Virus record (IMG/VR): IMGVR_UViG_3300046542_000259
Direction: 5' to 3' (one strand)
Length of the DNA: 64,000 bases
Source: a virus
Taxonomy: Duplodnaviria > Heunggongvirae > Uroviricota > Caudoviricetes
Below, piece after piece: positions 26,474-36,964 of the stretch. A program made the position numbers and the translations under genes. The notes beneath the pieces were generated by a model. The model did no database searches. It was not told the origin of the DNA and worked only from the letters and a program-made list of their open reading frames with translations. Numbering within the stretch: position 1 is the first letter of the stretch; every line of letters starts with the position of its first letter.

Positions 26474-29400
26474 TTAAGTTACCGTTCTACTAAATTGTGA
26501 AGATGTAAGATAACCATCGCCACCGGCATAGCTATCGATTGTTCTAACTCTGTAATAATATGTCGTGCCGGATGAAAGCCCTGTGAGTGAAACACTTAGT
26601 GCGTTGGCATCAAGTACTCTATTACCTACACCCGGAGTAAAGCCGTTTGTCGTGCTTACGAATGCTTGATACTTAGTAACATCAGCTTCTGCAACTGCGT
26701 TCCATGAGATATTCAATTGGCCCGCACTTGGTGAAGTGGAGACAATGTTAGCTGGCACAGCTGGCGCTACATCAGATATATTTAGAGTGGTATACGATCC
26801 AGCAAGTGATGAAGACTCGGCGCGAACTTGGGCTGAGAAATTACGCCAAGGACCACCGTCAGCAGTTAATCTTGAATTAGAGTAATTGTAATTATTTGTG
26901 GTAACTAAAGTTTCTCGGACCAAGACCAAGCCTTCGTTATAGATTTTAATTCTGTATCCAGACGCGCCAGAAACTGCGTTCCACTGAATGTTAGCTTCTA
27001 CGCCATGGTAAGGATCAGTCAATGACAATCCTGTAACCGGACCTAACGTAATATCCAGTACTTGTTCACTTACGACATTACCTGAGCCATAATCGTTTGA
27101 GGCTGTCACATTCACTTGGATTCTTTCCCATGGTCCACCAGCAGCCAGTACTTCTGAACTATTGAAAGAAACGAAAGTTCCACTACTTGTTTTTGTAAGC
27201 TCAAGAACATTAAAATTCCCACTACCTACGGACGATTCAGAATAAACTTCAATCAGGTATTCATTAGCTCTAGGCGCGGCGGTGTATGAAACTTCCAAAG
27301 TCCCAGCGGTGATATCAGCTGAAACATTTAAATTACTTACAATTCCCGGCGTCAGGCTCGGTGTTCCGAAGTTGCTTGGACTTGGGCTCATATAAGCCCA
27401 CGGACCTAACACAGTTCCAACAGCTGCTACTCTGAGATAAAGATCGCCCGCGTTGGCAGTTATTTGCGTCTCAGCCGTTGTACCACTATATAACTGTTCC
27501 CAAGTCACACCGTCAGATGAGATTTGGACAATGTAATTCGTAGCACCAGACGCGGCGTTCCATGAAACATCGAGTAGGACTGGATCAGCCCCGCTTAATG
27601 GATTCTGATTTACAATAACGCCGGTAACGACTGGTCCGTTTGGAACAACTCCCGGTCCCAAATAATTCACACCATCGGGAGGAGTTCCAGTATCAGCGTC
27701 ATAAACTCTATCGTCATCAATGACCAACGAAATGTCAGTTCTATCCATGCCTTTGTTAGAAGTGCTGACGACTAAAAATTTCTTTTTATATTTAGAACTA
27801 TCATATAGAACAAAAGTAGTTCTTTTCGCTTCATCATCAATAGATAGGACTTGACCAATGGTCATTCCTTCTGCTATTTCCAATGCAGCGAGTGATCCTG
27901 CCTCTAATTTTATTTCATTAGAATAACCGTTAGAGAGGGCAGTGATAGGACCAAATTCTTTTCCATCTTTTCTTCTCAAAGAGACGTAATTTGTTCCAGA
28001 AGTTGCAAAACTAATGGTTCTGTCACAGATCAACGTGGTTTCGGCACTGATGTACTCATTAATAAAACCATTCTGAGACCATTGAAGAAGATCATGGCTA
28101 ACGATGACTGGATCGCCTTTCAACAGCAAACGACCATCCGCTTCGGTAGTGGCACTTGCTAGAACACGTCTGTAGGAATTGGCTGCGGCATAATACATCC
28201 CTTCTCGCCAAGCCTGCGATCTATTCGTTATTCCAAACATCTCGATACGCGCCGGTTTCGTAGACGTGGAACCGGGGAGCGTACATTGAACCTCACTCTG
28301 TTCCCACGTTGTAGAATCCATAAATTCTACAATAACGTCATCGGCACTATCTTCACCTTTAATGATGTGAGTAGTTTCAAAAGTGTTTTTCAAGATGCTT
28401 TGTGGCGTGATAACAGTTTTGGCCAAGGCGCGGGGCTGATCACGCATAAATGTAATCATACCAGCAACTAGAATTGGTTGACTTCTAACCACCGATAGAA
28501 CCGAAGCTAAAGCTTCCCAAAAAGTTTTGGCTGTATCAAATACCCCGTTAAACGAATCACCGCGTCCGTCATACACCGCTGAAAGCTCAAGCAACTTGTC
28601 TAGATCAATTCTGCTATCTGGTAAACTAGCGCCGTATACCGTGTTCCGCAACATGTCTGCCGCGATCCACGCCGGATTGCTGGTATTTTGAGGCGCGGAC
28701 CAAGTAGTTCCGTTCCAAACAGGAATCTTCCCTCTTTGAATAGTATTGATCTGCGTCGAACTCTGGCTGCTTAACTGATTCGAGGCGCGAATCTTCATCG
28801 CCAGAAGTGTTACTTCTGGATAAATATTATCGTCTGGTATGAAAGCTCTAAGGGACTGCCACGCAATATCGTTCCCGTACCGGCTATCGGTCAGCTTTTC
28901 CGTAGTTCTTCGCATCCTGACTTCATAACGTCCTCTTGTGACGTTAATTGTTTTAGTAATGCGCTGAGCCGTGGTAGTTTGTTTAATCAAGGTTTGAGTA
29001 AACGCGGTGGACCAAGCTCCAATAGGATCACCTAGATTATCAATTTCTCTAACCTGACAAGTATAAGTTAAAGTGGCTGTACTTAATCCACCACTATCAT
29101 TGGCGTAATAGAGACCACGCGACAACACAACATCTACTTGAAGTTTATCTGTGGCTTGGTTGTTTGGATTTGCAACGAAAGGACCGATCCAATCATCCAG
29201 AGCAAACGTTTTAGAAGCCAAAGTACCTGAAGTGAATGTTGTCCCAAATTCTAGCCAAGTCAATTCTCCCGAAGTATCTTTATCGGTGATAACGAACGTT
29301 CCATTATTAGCCCCGCTTCCAGTAATAATCACAAGATCGCCGGGAGCTAAAAATTCAATTTCAGGATGTGGGTCACTAAACGTAGCTCTATTTCCAGAGA

Positions 29401-30190
29401 ACGTAGTAGTATCGGTAAAGCGATAATTCTTAAGTTCTTGTCCCGAAACTTCAACAGACGTATTGACATTTGAAGGGAACAAAGTTATCGTTCCTCCCGG
29501 TGGAATTATTTCAAGTTCAACGTCTTGAAAAGTCGGGCTTAATCCGCTGGTTCTGTCCCATAGCTCGGTATCGGCAATATTGATTTTATCAACTTGATAC
29601 TGACCAACACCTAAACAAAATAATTGATAAAGATATTGTTCATTGTTTTCGAAGCCTTGATAAGGCTGTGACGCAAAGTCAGGGAATAGTTTATGTGTTC
29701 CATATAGTCGAGGAATAGGATTAAGCAGGCGGGCCCTATTTCCCTGAGATTCTAGCGAGTAAGTTGGACTGGCTTGCTGAGATGACTGGCTTTGGAGATT
29801 AGGTACTGTTGGGCCAAGTAGAGCGTTGATCAAGAACGTTCCACCAATGACAATAGCAGCGTTGGCTAGAGTAGCGGCGAATCCGGTTAATCCTAACAGT
29901 GTTCCGCTGATGTACGGAGCAACAACGGTCAACGCAATAAGAGCTAGAATTTTAAAAATGTTCTTGAACACATCCCCGCGTGGGACAATAATAAATTGAA
30001 TAGTGTCGGTCGCAATGCCTACAGGCTTGCCCCAATCTTTTCTAAGGACCGGAGTCCCGTTTCTGACACAAATAATTGGCTCACTTTTATAAGCCACGCC
30101 GAGACGATCTGCGATATCTAAGTAGCTATCGCCACATGAATATTCAGTGCCTTTAATTTTTCCTAATAGTGAATTATATTCAACTGTCAT
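26474..30190 (-). CDS. Tail tip / host-specificity protein (lambda J-like) with C-terminal FN3 repeats
   Basis: PIPRLYG, QLFCLGVG, SNPAWIAAD, F.GVFD, FN3-like TYYYRVR. Confidence 0.88.
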   Translation of the reverse strand: MTVEYNSLLGKIKGTEYSCGDSYLDIADRLGVAYKSEPIICVRNGTPVLRKDWGKPVGIATDTIQFIIVPRGDVFKNIFKILALIALTVVAPYISGTLLGLTGFAATLANAAIVIGGTFLINALLGPTVPNLQSQSSQQASPTYSLESQGNRARLLNPIPRLYGTHKLFPDFASQPYQGFENNEQYLYQLFCLGVGQYQVDKINIADTELWDRTSGLSPTFQDVELEIIPPGGTITLFPSNVNTSVEVSGQELKNYRFTDTTTFSGNRATFSDPHPEIEFLAPGDLVIITGSGANNGTFVITDKDTSGELTWLEFGTTFTSGTLASKTFALDDWIGPFVANPNNQATDKLQVDVVLSRGLYYANDSGGLSTATLTYTCQVREIDNLGDPIGAWSTAFTQTLIKQTTTAQRITKTINVTRGRYEVRMRRTTEKLTDSRYGNDIAWQSLRAFIPDDNIYPEVTLLAMKIRASNQLSSQSSTQINTIQRGKIPVWNGTTWSAPQNTSNPAWIAADMLRNTVYGASLPDSRIDLDKLLELSAVYDGRGDSFNGVFDTAKTFWEALASVLSVVRSQPILVAGMITFMRDQPRALAKTVITPQSILKNTFETTHIIKGEDSADDVIVEFMDSTTWEQSEVQCTLPGSTSTKPARIEMFGITNRSQAWREGMYYAAANSYRRVLASATTEADGRLLLKGDPVIVSHDLLQWSQNGFINEYISAETTLICDRTISFATSGTNYVSLRRKDGKEFGPITALSNGYSNEIKLEAGSLAALEIAEGMTIGQVLSIDDEAKRTTFVLYDSSKYKKKFLVVSTSNKGMDRTDISLVIDDDRVYDADTGTPPDGVNYLGPGVVPNGPVVTGVIVNQNPLSGADPVLLDVSWNAASGATNYIVQISSDGVTWEQLYSGTTAETQITANAGDLYLRVAAVGTVLGPWAYMSPSPSNFGTPSLTPGIVSNLNVSADITAGTLEVSYTAAPRANEYLIEVYSESSVGSGNFNVLELTKTSSGTFVSFNSSEVLAAGGPWERIQVNVTASNDYGSGNVVSEQVLDITLGPVTGLSLTDPYHGVEANIQWNAVSGASGYRIKIYNEGLVLVRETLVTTNNYNYSNSRLTADGGPWRNFSAQVRAESSSLAGSYTTLNISDVAPAVPANIVSTSPSAGQLNISWNAVAEADVTKYQAFVSTTNGFTPGVGNRVLDANALSVSLTGLSSGTTYYYRVRTIDSYAGGDGYLTSSQFSRTVT

Positions 30191-30593
30191 GATTATATCT
30201 GTAAAATTTAAACTTACGCCAGCCAGAAGCTTTTAGATTAAAAACTGTATCGAACATTACGCCGTTCATGCCACAATGCAGCACGCCACCTCCATCAATA
30301 TCTAGATAAACGCCTACATGATTGGGATGGATCAAATTAGCCATCTCAACCACAGAACCATGTTCAGGGATATCTACGGCGGTCCAATTTTTATGTTCTG
30401 GATGATCTTTAATAAATTTAATCAAATCCTTAATATTCGTTAATTCTTTAGTTTCAAGGACTTTCAATTCACGTTGAAAGACGTTTAACTGGATGTATCT
30501 GACCAAGCCCCAGCAATCAAAAGTATCAGGCCCCATCGATCCCAATTCGTAACGCTTGCCGATTACATCATTAATAATTTCAATCTCATCCAT
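30180..30593 (-). CDS. NlpC/P60 tail-associated peptidase (lambda K-like)
   Basis: G..Y..G..GPDTFDCWGLV, HVGVYL, VLHC. Confidence 0.88.
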   Translation of the reverse strand: MDEIEIINDVIGKRYELGSMGPDTFDCWGLVRYIQLNVFQRELKVLETKELTNIKDLIKFIKDHPEHKNWTAVDIPEHGSVVEMANLIHPNHVGVYLDIDGGGVLHCGMNGVMFDTVFNLKASGWRKFKFYRYNHDS

Positions 30594-31168
30594 TAAATCA
30601 AGCCTCTAAATTCTTCAGGGCGATAAATTTTTCCGGGAAAGTTTCTATTAATTAAATCGGCAAAGCTGGCTGAAATAGTGACTTGAAAAACTGTGGATTT
30701 TACTGATTGAATTGTCATCCCGTTCAAGACAAATTGAGGTTCTTCTTTATTGCTTAGGAGGTACTCACGATAAGTTAATTCAATAGGACTATCTAATTTA
30801 ACGGCTTCGTCTAGATATTGTGATAATTCTCTCGTAACGTTATCGATAGTAATTTCGATTGTGGGCAACGCGCCTTCTTGCTGGGCCGGAAGTTCGAAGT
30901 CAAACATAAGGGAATAAAATCTGACTTCTTCTCCCGCGTTAGCCGGTGCATCATTTTCAAGAAATAGGTTCCAGCCATAAACGTCTGGATCACCCTCTTC
31001 CAAGAGAACGCCATAATCTTTTACCAGTCTAATAGGGCTGACTACGTCATCCTCATTAATAAACGAAGGGTGGCGTAGTTCTAGGGTATACAGAATGATT
31101 TCTTCTACCGGGGCCGATGCATATGCCTCTTGAAGAGCCTGCTCCCAAATGTCGTCGGAATCTGCCAT
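30593..31168 (-). CDS. Minor tail protein (DUF1833 / lambda L-like)
   Basis: QEAYASAP..ILYTLELRHP, IDNV, YREYL; position in tail-tip operon. Confidence 0.8.
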   Translation of the reverse strand: MADSDDIWEQALQEAYASAPVEEIILYTLELRHPSFINEDDVVSPIRLVKDYGVLLEEGDPDVYGWNLFLENDAPANAGEEVRFYSLMFDFELPAQQEGALPTIEITIDNVTRELSQYLDEAVKLDSPIELTYREYLLSNKEEPQFVLNGMTIQSVKSTVFQVTISASFADLINRNFPGKIYRPEEFRGLI

Positions 31169-31189
31169 TTAATTAACTTACCATAATTT

Positions 31190-31780
31190 TTAACTAGCTA
31201 TTGCTATATACTCATTATCATCAACGTCGTCAAAAATGAAAATATAATCATTAGAGTCATCTGGATCGGTGAAAATAAGCTGAATAGTAAGTAAGTTCGC
31301 CATAACTTCTGGATAATCTATATTTACTATTTTTTGAAGCGGATCAGCCATTTCATTTAGCACAAAATCAATACCATATAACCCGATTAAATAAAGTGCA
31401 AAACCATCTAGACTTGGATATTCGCGGACTTCTAAACTAACTGATAGAGTATATTGGTCCCACGCTTCATCTCTTATTTCATATTTTTTAGAAAAACGAG
31501 CTTTGTGGCTAGCATAACTTGCCCCGTCCCAAACCGGCATTTCAAACCACTTAGAACCTTGGTTCAAAGTGTTCATGTAAAATCCTCTAAACAAAATAAA
31601 TTCATTATTTGTTAGAGTTATTGTGCCGTTGTATACCGTTGTTGGATTACTGAATCTAACTCTGACCAATTGAGGGCCATCGTCAAATTCAGTTCTCGCA
31701 ATATCACTGTGAGGGTCAATTGAAAATGACCCTCTATCCAGTACATAATTTAAAGCCGGAGGCCAAATTTCTGCCATCAA
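31190..31780 (-). CDS. Distal tail protein with acidic C-terminal extension
   Basis: WP..L, RTEFDDGP...R.RF, GSKWFEMP; directly after tape measure. Confidence 0.75.
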   Translation of the reverse strand: MMAEIWPPALNYVLDRGSFSIDPHSDIARTEFDDGPQLVRVRFSNPTTVYNGTITLTNNEFILFRGFYMNTLNQGSKWFEMPVWDGASYASHKARFSKKYEIRDEAWDQYTLSVSLEVREYPSLDGFALYLIGLYGIDFVLNEMADPLQKIVNIDYPEVMANLLTIQLIFTDPDDSNDYIFIFDDVDDNEYIAIAS

Positions 31781-34700
31781 TTATCTCTTATTACCTGCGG
31801 CGGCACTTGCACCGTATCTGGTTTCAAAAGCTCTGTTTAACGGTGTTCCGCCCTTAGAAACATCAGAAGCCACAGCACTTTTAACCTGTTCCAACAATAC
31901 ATTGATATCCAAGCTACCATCTGGATTCTGTTTGGATTCTACTTCGGCGTTACCAGAACCACCAGTAATGTTGACGTTAACTCTTGGTTGAACCACAACG
32001 TTAGTTGAGGCTTGAGCCGCACCGCTTGCTGCAACGCCAAGAGAACCATCTGGACCACGCCGTAGTGGCATAATTGCCTCTGGCCCTGCCTCACCCATTA
32101 AGCCGGTTTTGTTACCAGACATTTCAAAATAGGTAGGAGACGCGACTATACCACTATTTGAACTATTTGTCAAGCCCCCTTTAGCAAAAGGAACCACTTT
32201 TCCAGAATTAAATGCAGCACCATTAGCATATAATCCACCAGTTGGTGCAGATGGGAAGAAACTTGTACCTGAATTACCTCCACCTAACAGTCCGCCAAGA
32301 AGACCTCCACCTGATCCTCCACCCATCATGCCAGACAATGCTTGAATAATGGGCTGAATTACCATGTAACGAATAACAAGGCGTGAAATATCGCTCAAGA
32401 TACTTTCAGTAAGTGCCTTGAAGTCGAGTTTGCCGGTTGAGACCCATTCAGTTAAAGCATCTTCAAGACCACCGAAAGCGTTTGAGACCACGCCAGCAAT
32501 ATCAGTGGTGAAATCTTCACCGGTTTTGGTTAGGTCAAGTAGACCTTTATTAATACCATCGATAAAGTTATTGCCGGAACCACCTGATGCGGCTTCAGCA
32601 TTAGCTTTACGAAGACGAAGCATTAGATCGGTATATTCCGAAAGTTTGATCTTACCAGTGTCAAGGGCTTGCTGAAGCAAGGCTTGCTTGTTGATAAAGT
32701 CAGTTAGGCCGGAATTTGAAGGCATTAGTTCATTGCGTAACGCTTCAAACTCAGCATTAAATCCTTGAAGCCCAGCCGTTGTCCCGGCATACTTGGCCTT
32801 CAAGTTTTCCATCGCCCCGTTATACTGATCTTGTGTAATTTTGCCTTTGGATAAAGCTTTTTCAAGAAGCTCTTGCTCTTTACGGAATTGGACCGTGGCT
32901 TTACCATCAGAGTCTAGGAGTTTACCTAGAGCGCCCCCACTACCGCCACCGCCGCCTTTACTCTTCTCTTGAGATTTTACCCAAGAATCGTATTCATCTT
33001 GAAGTCCTTTAATAGTGTTATTACGCTGACTATCAGTTATATCAGTTAAGCTCTTGACACCAGAAATATCTTCTTTAAGTTTAGAAAGTTTTCGTGACGT
33101 TTCGTCAGCATCTGAACCGAATTTTTCGACATAATTTTGCGCCGACTTCTTGGTGTCCATTTTGTCGTTAATTCCAAGAAGCTCATTAGCTGAAGAATTC
33201 AAATTCTTCAGAGTCAAATCGTAACGTTTATTGATATCGGCGTTTAATTCTCTTTTGTCAGATAGGCTACCTTCTTCATCGGCAATTTCTTTCAACGCAT
33301 CAACCCGCGACTTTGCCGCGCCAATGAATTCATCAGCTAATAAAGTCTGCGCCTTAGATAAGTTCATTCTGGCGTTAGCTTCTACCACTTTATTGGCGGC
33401 ATTAGCTACAGCTTCGGCCATACCAGCCGCCGCGTTCCCGGCCTGAGCCATTTCACCAGCAAAAGAATCCGCTGTGGTGCCATTCATTACAGCATTAAGA
33501 CGTTGTACTTGCTCCTGAGCATACGCGCTCTCTTTACCATACATCGCCACAGCGTTTTGAGCGCGAAGATAAGCATCCCTTAATTGATCAGCTTGCTTTG
33601 TATCAAACTTTTTAGCACCTAACTCTCTAATAAATTGATCGTAGGTCTTCCCGGTATCATCCAGATAAACCTTAACATTTTTCAATTGATCAGCTAATTC
33701 CTGAACTTCTACCCAACGTCTTCCAGATGGTGCGTTGGTTAGCAACGATTGATATTCAGTTCTGGTTTCAGAAATTTTTGTTTGTAAATCTTTTAAAGTT
33801 GTAGCTAGCTTCTCTTGCTCCAACACTAGCTGAGCCATGGTTAAAGTTTGGAGGGAGTCCTGATATCTATCTAAAGATTCTTTTGACGTATCAACTACTG
33901 TCGTAAATTCTTGTCCCTTTTGTGAACTGGCATACCAAGCCGCGCCTAGAATACCAAGCGTTGTGACAACAAGCCCAATAGGTCCAGCTAATAGGCTAGC
34001 TGCCGCTGCGGCTCTACCGAAGAAACCAACGGCTGTGGCTGCACCAGCGGCGGCAGGAGCTAAGCCAGTGAAAAGAATTCTAAGATTTGTTAAGGCTCCA
34101 CCCCATGCCGTCATGTTGGCGATGTTACCAAGAAGCATAGCACCAAATGACGTGAAAAATCTTGCGATGTTTAACGCTAATAAAACTTTAAGCCCACCGA
34201 TTACTAAATCAATGTTTTTAATTAATCCAGCAAAAACGGTTCCCATACCTTCGATAACTCTCGCTGTTCTCTCACCAAACTGAGATGCGAAGGTTAGAAA
34301 TTCTGGTGCAGAAATAGCGTTCTTAATTCTTTCGAAAGCTTTGGACAGAGCGTCCATCGTTCCGCTTTGGCCGATAATGATAAACAGATCATATACTGCA
34401 TTCTGAAGTAAGTTAAACTGTGCCGTTGCGTTTTTCAAAGCAGATTGCAAGCTTCCGCCGAAAGTTCTTTGAACTTCAGCAGCAAACTTAGGTAGAGCAT
34501 CCGCAGCTAATACTTGGCCTTTCTTAAGCATATCTTGAAGTTCACCAGTAGATACTTTAAGACCTCGTGCCATTAAGTTAACAGCACCGGGAAGTTGCTC
34601 TCCTAGCTGGCGTCTAAGCTCTTCACTACTTACGGTTCCTTTTGACATCATCTGCTCAAGCGCAAGTAGAGCAAGTTTTGTTCTATCAGAACTACGATGC

Positions 34701-36052
34701 AATACTGTCATAGCAGTGATAGTTGCTTCGAATACACTTCGGGTCTGTTCCGTGGAAACCCCAGCTAGACGAGAAGAGATAGAGAATGAACCGAAGGATT
34801 CTTGAATGTCCTGCACACGCTGGCCAAGGCGATTAGCCATATCTTCGGTGTACCGCATTTCTTCGCCAGTAGCTTTTAAGTCGCCGTTATTGACAGCGAG
34901 TAGAGTAGACTTGAACGCATTAAAATTCGTGTTAGCGTCATAAAGGGCTTTAGACAGAGTGCCAAGCGTGATTGAGCCGATGAGGGTGCGGAACACCGAC
35001 GCGGCTTGGAACGTGCCAGAGAAGGCATTCTCAAGGCCACGAAGGTTCGTTGTTAGTCCTTGGGCACCCTGACTTACGTTACCAAAACCAATGCCGTTTA
35101 AGTTGCTTCTAAAATTATGAAGATAGCCGTTGGCACGAGTCGCGGCTTGGCCAATTCTTTCAAGATAAGACGCAATTTGACCCACATTAGCAGGAACTTT
35201 CAAACTCCCTAACATGGTAACGAAGTCGCGTAGATTTTTGGTCTGAGCCGCAGTTGGGCCTTTGAAGCCTGAAAACGCCGCTGTAATATTAGCAATGGAA
35301 GATGTGCCACTAACTGGCTTGAACGTAGCCAGTGTAGCAAATAGATCGCGTAGGTTTTTAACAGCAGTGCCGCTTGGGCTTTTTAATCCACCCATGGCAG
35401 AGCTAAGGTTAACAATCCCACTTACGAGAGAACCACTGATTGAGGCTTTTGCGCCGCTGTTATTTAAAGCATTAAAAAATGCTCTCATATTGGCTACAGC
35501 TTTTTCAGATGGGGCTCTGAAAGCTCCCATAGCCGTTCCAAGCTTTTCGATGTTGCCGAAATTGCCTACGATTTTTAACGAAGGAGCGATAGCTTTTAAA
35601 CCATCAGCAAACGTTCTCAAACCCTCAAGCTTCTTAGCGCTTGGGATTTTAAGACCGTTTAACGCGGTGCTAATTTTATTAACAGAATCGGCAAAGTTCC
35701 CGCTAACATTGAAACTGTTTAGCAGGGCCGGGATTACAGTGGCGAAATTTGTAATATTTTTAATAAGCGCAGGGCTTGGGGCTTTCAAGTTTCTGAAAGC
35801 AGTGCCAAGGCTATTGATATTTTTAACCGCAGCTGGATTGATTTTAACATCATTCAGCTTGCCAAGGTCTTTAGCTAGTTTACTAAAGTTTCCAGTGCTG
35901 GCTCCCATAAGTTTGGAGAATGCAGCTTCGCCCTTAGCGTCTAAACCGTCGAGGGACTTAGTAACGTTATTAATAGCAGTGGTAAACTTTTTAGCCCCCG
36001 CTTCGGCGCGGGAGGCGTCAATTTCGAAGCGGAGGCTAAATGTGTCTGCCAT
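31781..36052 (-). CDS. Tail tape measure protein
   Basis: 1423 aa, Ala/Gly-rich; QMMSKGTVSSEELRRQLGEQLPGA tape-measure motif; MGEAGPEAIMPL C-terminus. Confidence 0.95.
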   Translation of the reverse strand: MADTFSLRFEIDASRAEAGAKKFTTAINNVTKSLDGLDAKGEAAFSKLMGASTGNFSKLAKDLGKLNDVKINPAAVKNINSLGTAFRNLKAPSPALIKNITNFATVIPALLNSFNVSGNFADSVNKISTALNGLKIPSAKKLEGLRTFADGLKAIAPSLKIVGNFGNIEKLGTAMGAFRAPSEKAVANMRAFFNALNNSGAKASISGSLVSGIVNLSSAMGGLKSPSGTAVKNLRDLFATLATFKPVSGTSSIANITAAFSGFKGPTAAQTKNLRDFVTMLGSLKVPANVGQIASYLERIGQAATRANGYLHNFRSNLNGIGFGNVSQGAQGLTTNLRGLENAFSGTFQAASVFRTLIGSITLGTLSKALYDANTNFNAFKSTLLAVNNGDLKATGEEMRYTEDMANRLGQRVQDIQESFGSFSISSRLAGVSTEQTRSVFEATITAMTVLHRSSDRTKLALLALEQMMSKGTVSSEELRRQLGEQLPGAVNLMARGLKVSTGELQDMLKKGQVLAADALPKFAAEVQRTFGGSLQSALKNATAQFNLLQNAVYDLFIIIGQSGTMDALSKAFERIKNAISAPEFLTFASQFGERTARVIEGMGTVFAGLIKNIDLVIGGLKVLLALNIARFFTSFGAMLLGNIANMTAWGGALTNLRILFTGLAPAAAGAATAVGFFGRAAAAASLLAGPIGLVVTTLGILGAAWYASSQKGQEFTTVVDTSKESLDRYQDSLQTLTMAQLVLEQEKLATTLKDLQTKISETRTEYQSLLTNAPSGRRWVEVQELADQLKNVKVYLDDTGKTYDQFIRELGAKKFDTKQADQLRDAYLRAQNAVAMYGKESAYAQEQVQRLNAVMNGTTADSFAGEMAQAGNAAAGMAEAVANAANKVVEANARMNLSKAQTLLADEFIGAAKSRVDALKEIADEEGSLSDKRELNADINKRYDLTLKNLNSSANELLGINDKMDTKKSAQNYVEKFGSDADETSRKLSKLKEDISGVKSLTDITDSQRNNTIKGLQDEYDSWVKSQEKSKGGGGGSGGALGKLLDSDGKATVQFRKEQELLEKALSKGKITQDQYNGAMENLKAKYAGTTAGLQGFNAEFEALRNELMPSNSGLTDFINKQALLQQALDTGKIKLSEYTDLMLRLRKANAEAASGGSGNNFIDGINKGLLDLTKTGEDFTTDIAGVVSNAFGGLEDALTEWVSTGKLDFKALTESILSDISRLVIRYMVIQPIIQALSGMMGGGSGGGLLGGLLGGGNSGTSFFPSAPTGGLYANGAAFNSGKVVPFAKGGLTNSSNSGIVASPTYFEMSGNKTGLMGEAGPEAIMPLRRGPDGSLGVAASGAAQASTNVVVQPRVNVNITGGSGNAEVESKQNPDGSLDINVLLEQVKSAVASDVSKGGTPLNRAFETRYGASAAAGNKR

Positions 36053-36054
36053 TA

Positions 36055-36848
36055 TTATTTCTTCTTATTTTTGTTGGCCGTTTCTTCTGCCTTCTTACGC
36101 TTCTTTTCTTTTTCGTAATAATCTTCGATCCAAAGATTATCTAAAGTTTTGACGTAATCCGCAAAATCAACTTTTTTATTGTAACTTTCTATTCCATAAA
36201 TATTACAGTAATGATTTATTTCAGAGAAAGTTATATGGAGAGGCCCGTTCATTCCGACTGGTCTTGAATTAGATAGGATTAGAAATCCGTCCCAAACCCA
36301 AATTAAATCTTCAAATAAAGGAGGCCCCTCTTCTTGTGTTTCGTCAACCGCGACTTCACCTTTTTCTTCTTTAAGTCTTTTGATCCATTCACGATCCGCT
36401 TTGGAGCGCTGATGGACCGTTTTTGTTAAGAAGAAAGTGAGTCGCTGTGTTAGTTTTTTACCGCGTCATCCTTGGCCTGAATCTTGAACGCGTCGTCATC
36501 TGTAACGAGCTTGGCTACGAGGTTACGGAATTCACGATAAGTAGCTAATTTTTCTTCCGCAACTTTGGCAGAGAACTTAACGTCATTATCGTCATCGTCC
36601 TTAAAGCCTTCCCAGCCAGCAATAATGGCTTGAGCCATCTGCCTAATTAGAAGGGTTTCTTGATCGGACTGCGGAATACCTTTACCGCTGCGCTTAAGGG
36701 CAAGATAGGGGGCTTCTAGAGCTTCGCGAACGTCTTGAGACTTCTTGCTCTGGAACGAGCGCAGTTTAATCTTTGTGCCGCCGCCAAGTTCGAACCACTT
36801 GCCGTCTTCTTCAGATTCAATATCAGTAGCAAATTCAGAAAATTTCAT
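36055..36848 (-). CDS. Tail assembly chaperone -1 frameshift product (gpGT-like)
   Basis: A AAA AAC heptamer at 36453-36459; -1 frame is open through SRPVGMNGPLHITFSEI to stop at 36055. Confidence 0.8.
36450..36848 (-). CDS. Tail assembly chaperone (gpG-like)
   Basis: Between tail tube and tape measure; ends DDAVKN at slippery site. Confidence 0.85.
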   Translation of the reverse strand: MKFSEFATDIESEEDGKWFELGGGTKIKLRSFQSKKSQDVREALEAPYLALKRSGKGIPQSDQETLLIRQMAQAIIAGWEGFKDDDDNDVKFSAKVAEEKLATYREFRNLVAKLVTDDDAFKIQAKDDAVKN

Positions 36849-36897
36849 ATCGGGATACCTTTTGTTTTTTTGTAAGTCGGGATTACGGTTAGTGAGA

Positions 36898-36932
36898 AAT
36901 AAAATGGCGGCGTCCCGACAACCACCGCCATT
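36898..36932 (-). terminator. Terminator after major tail gene
   Basis: AATGGCGG...CCGCCATT stem followed by TTATTT on - strand. Confidence 0.65.
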
Positions 36933-36964
36933 CCATCATTTAATCAATTGCTTGATTAAAATTT

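Noticed and set aside
35262-36152. 296-aa + strand ORF opposite the tape measure gene
   Set aside because: Antisense shadow of the repetitive Ala/Leu-rich N-terminus; no RBS or promoter, no motifs.
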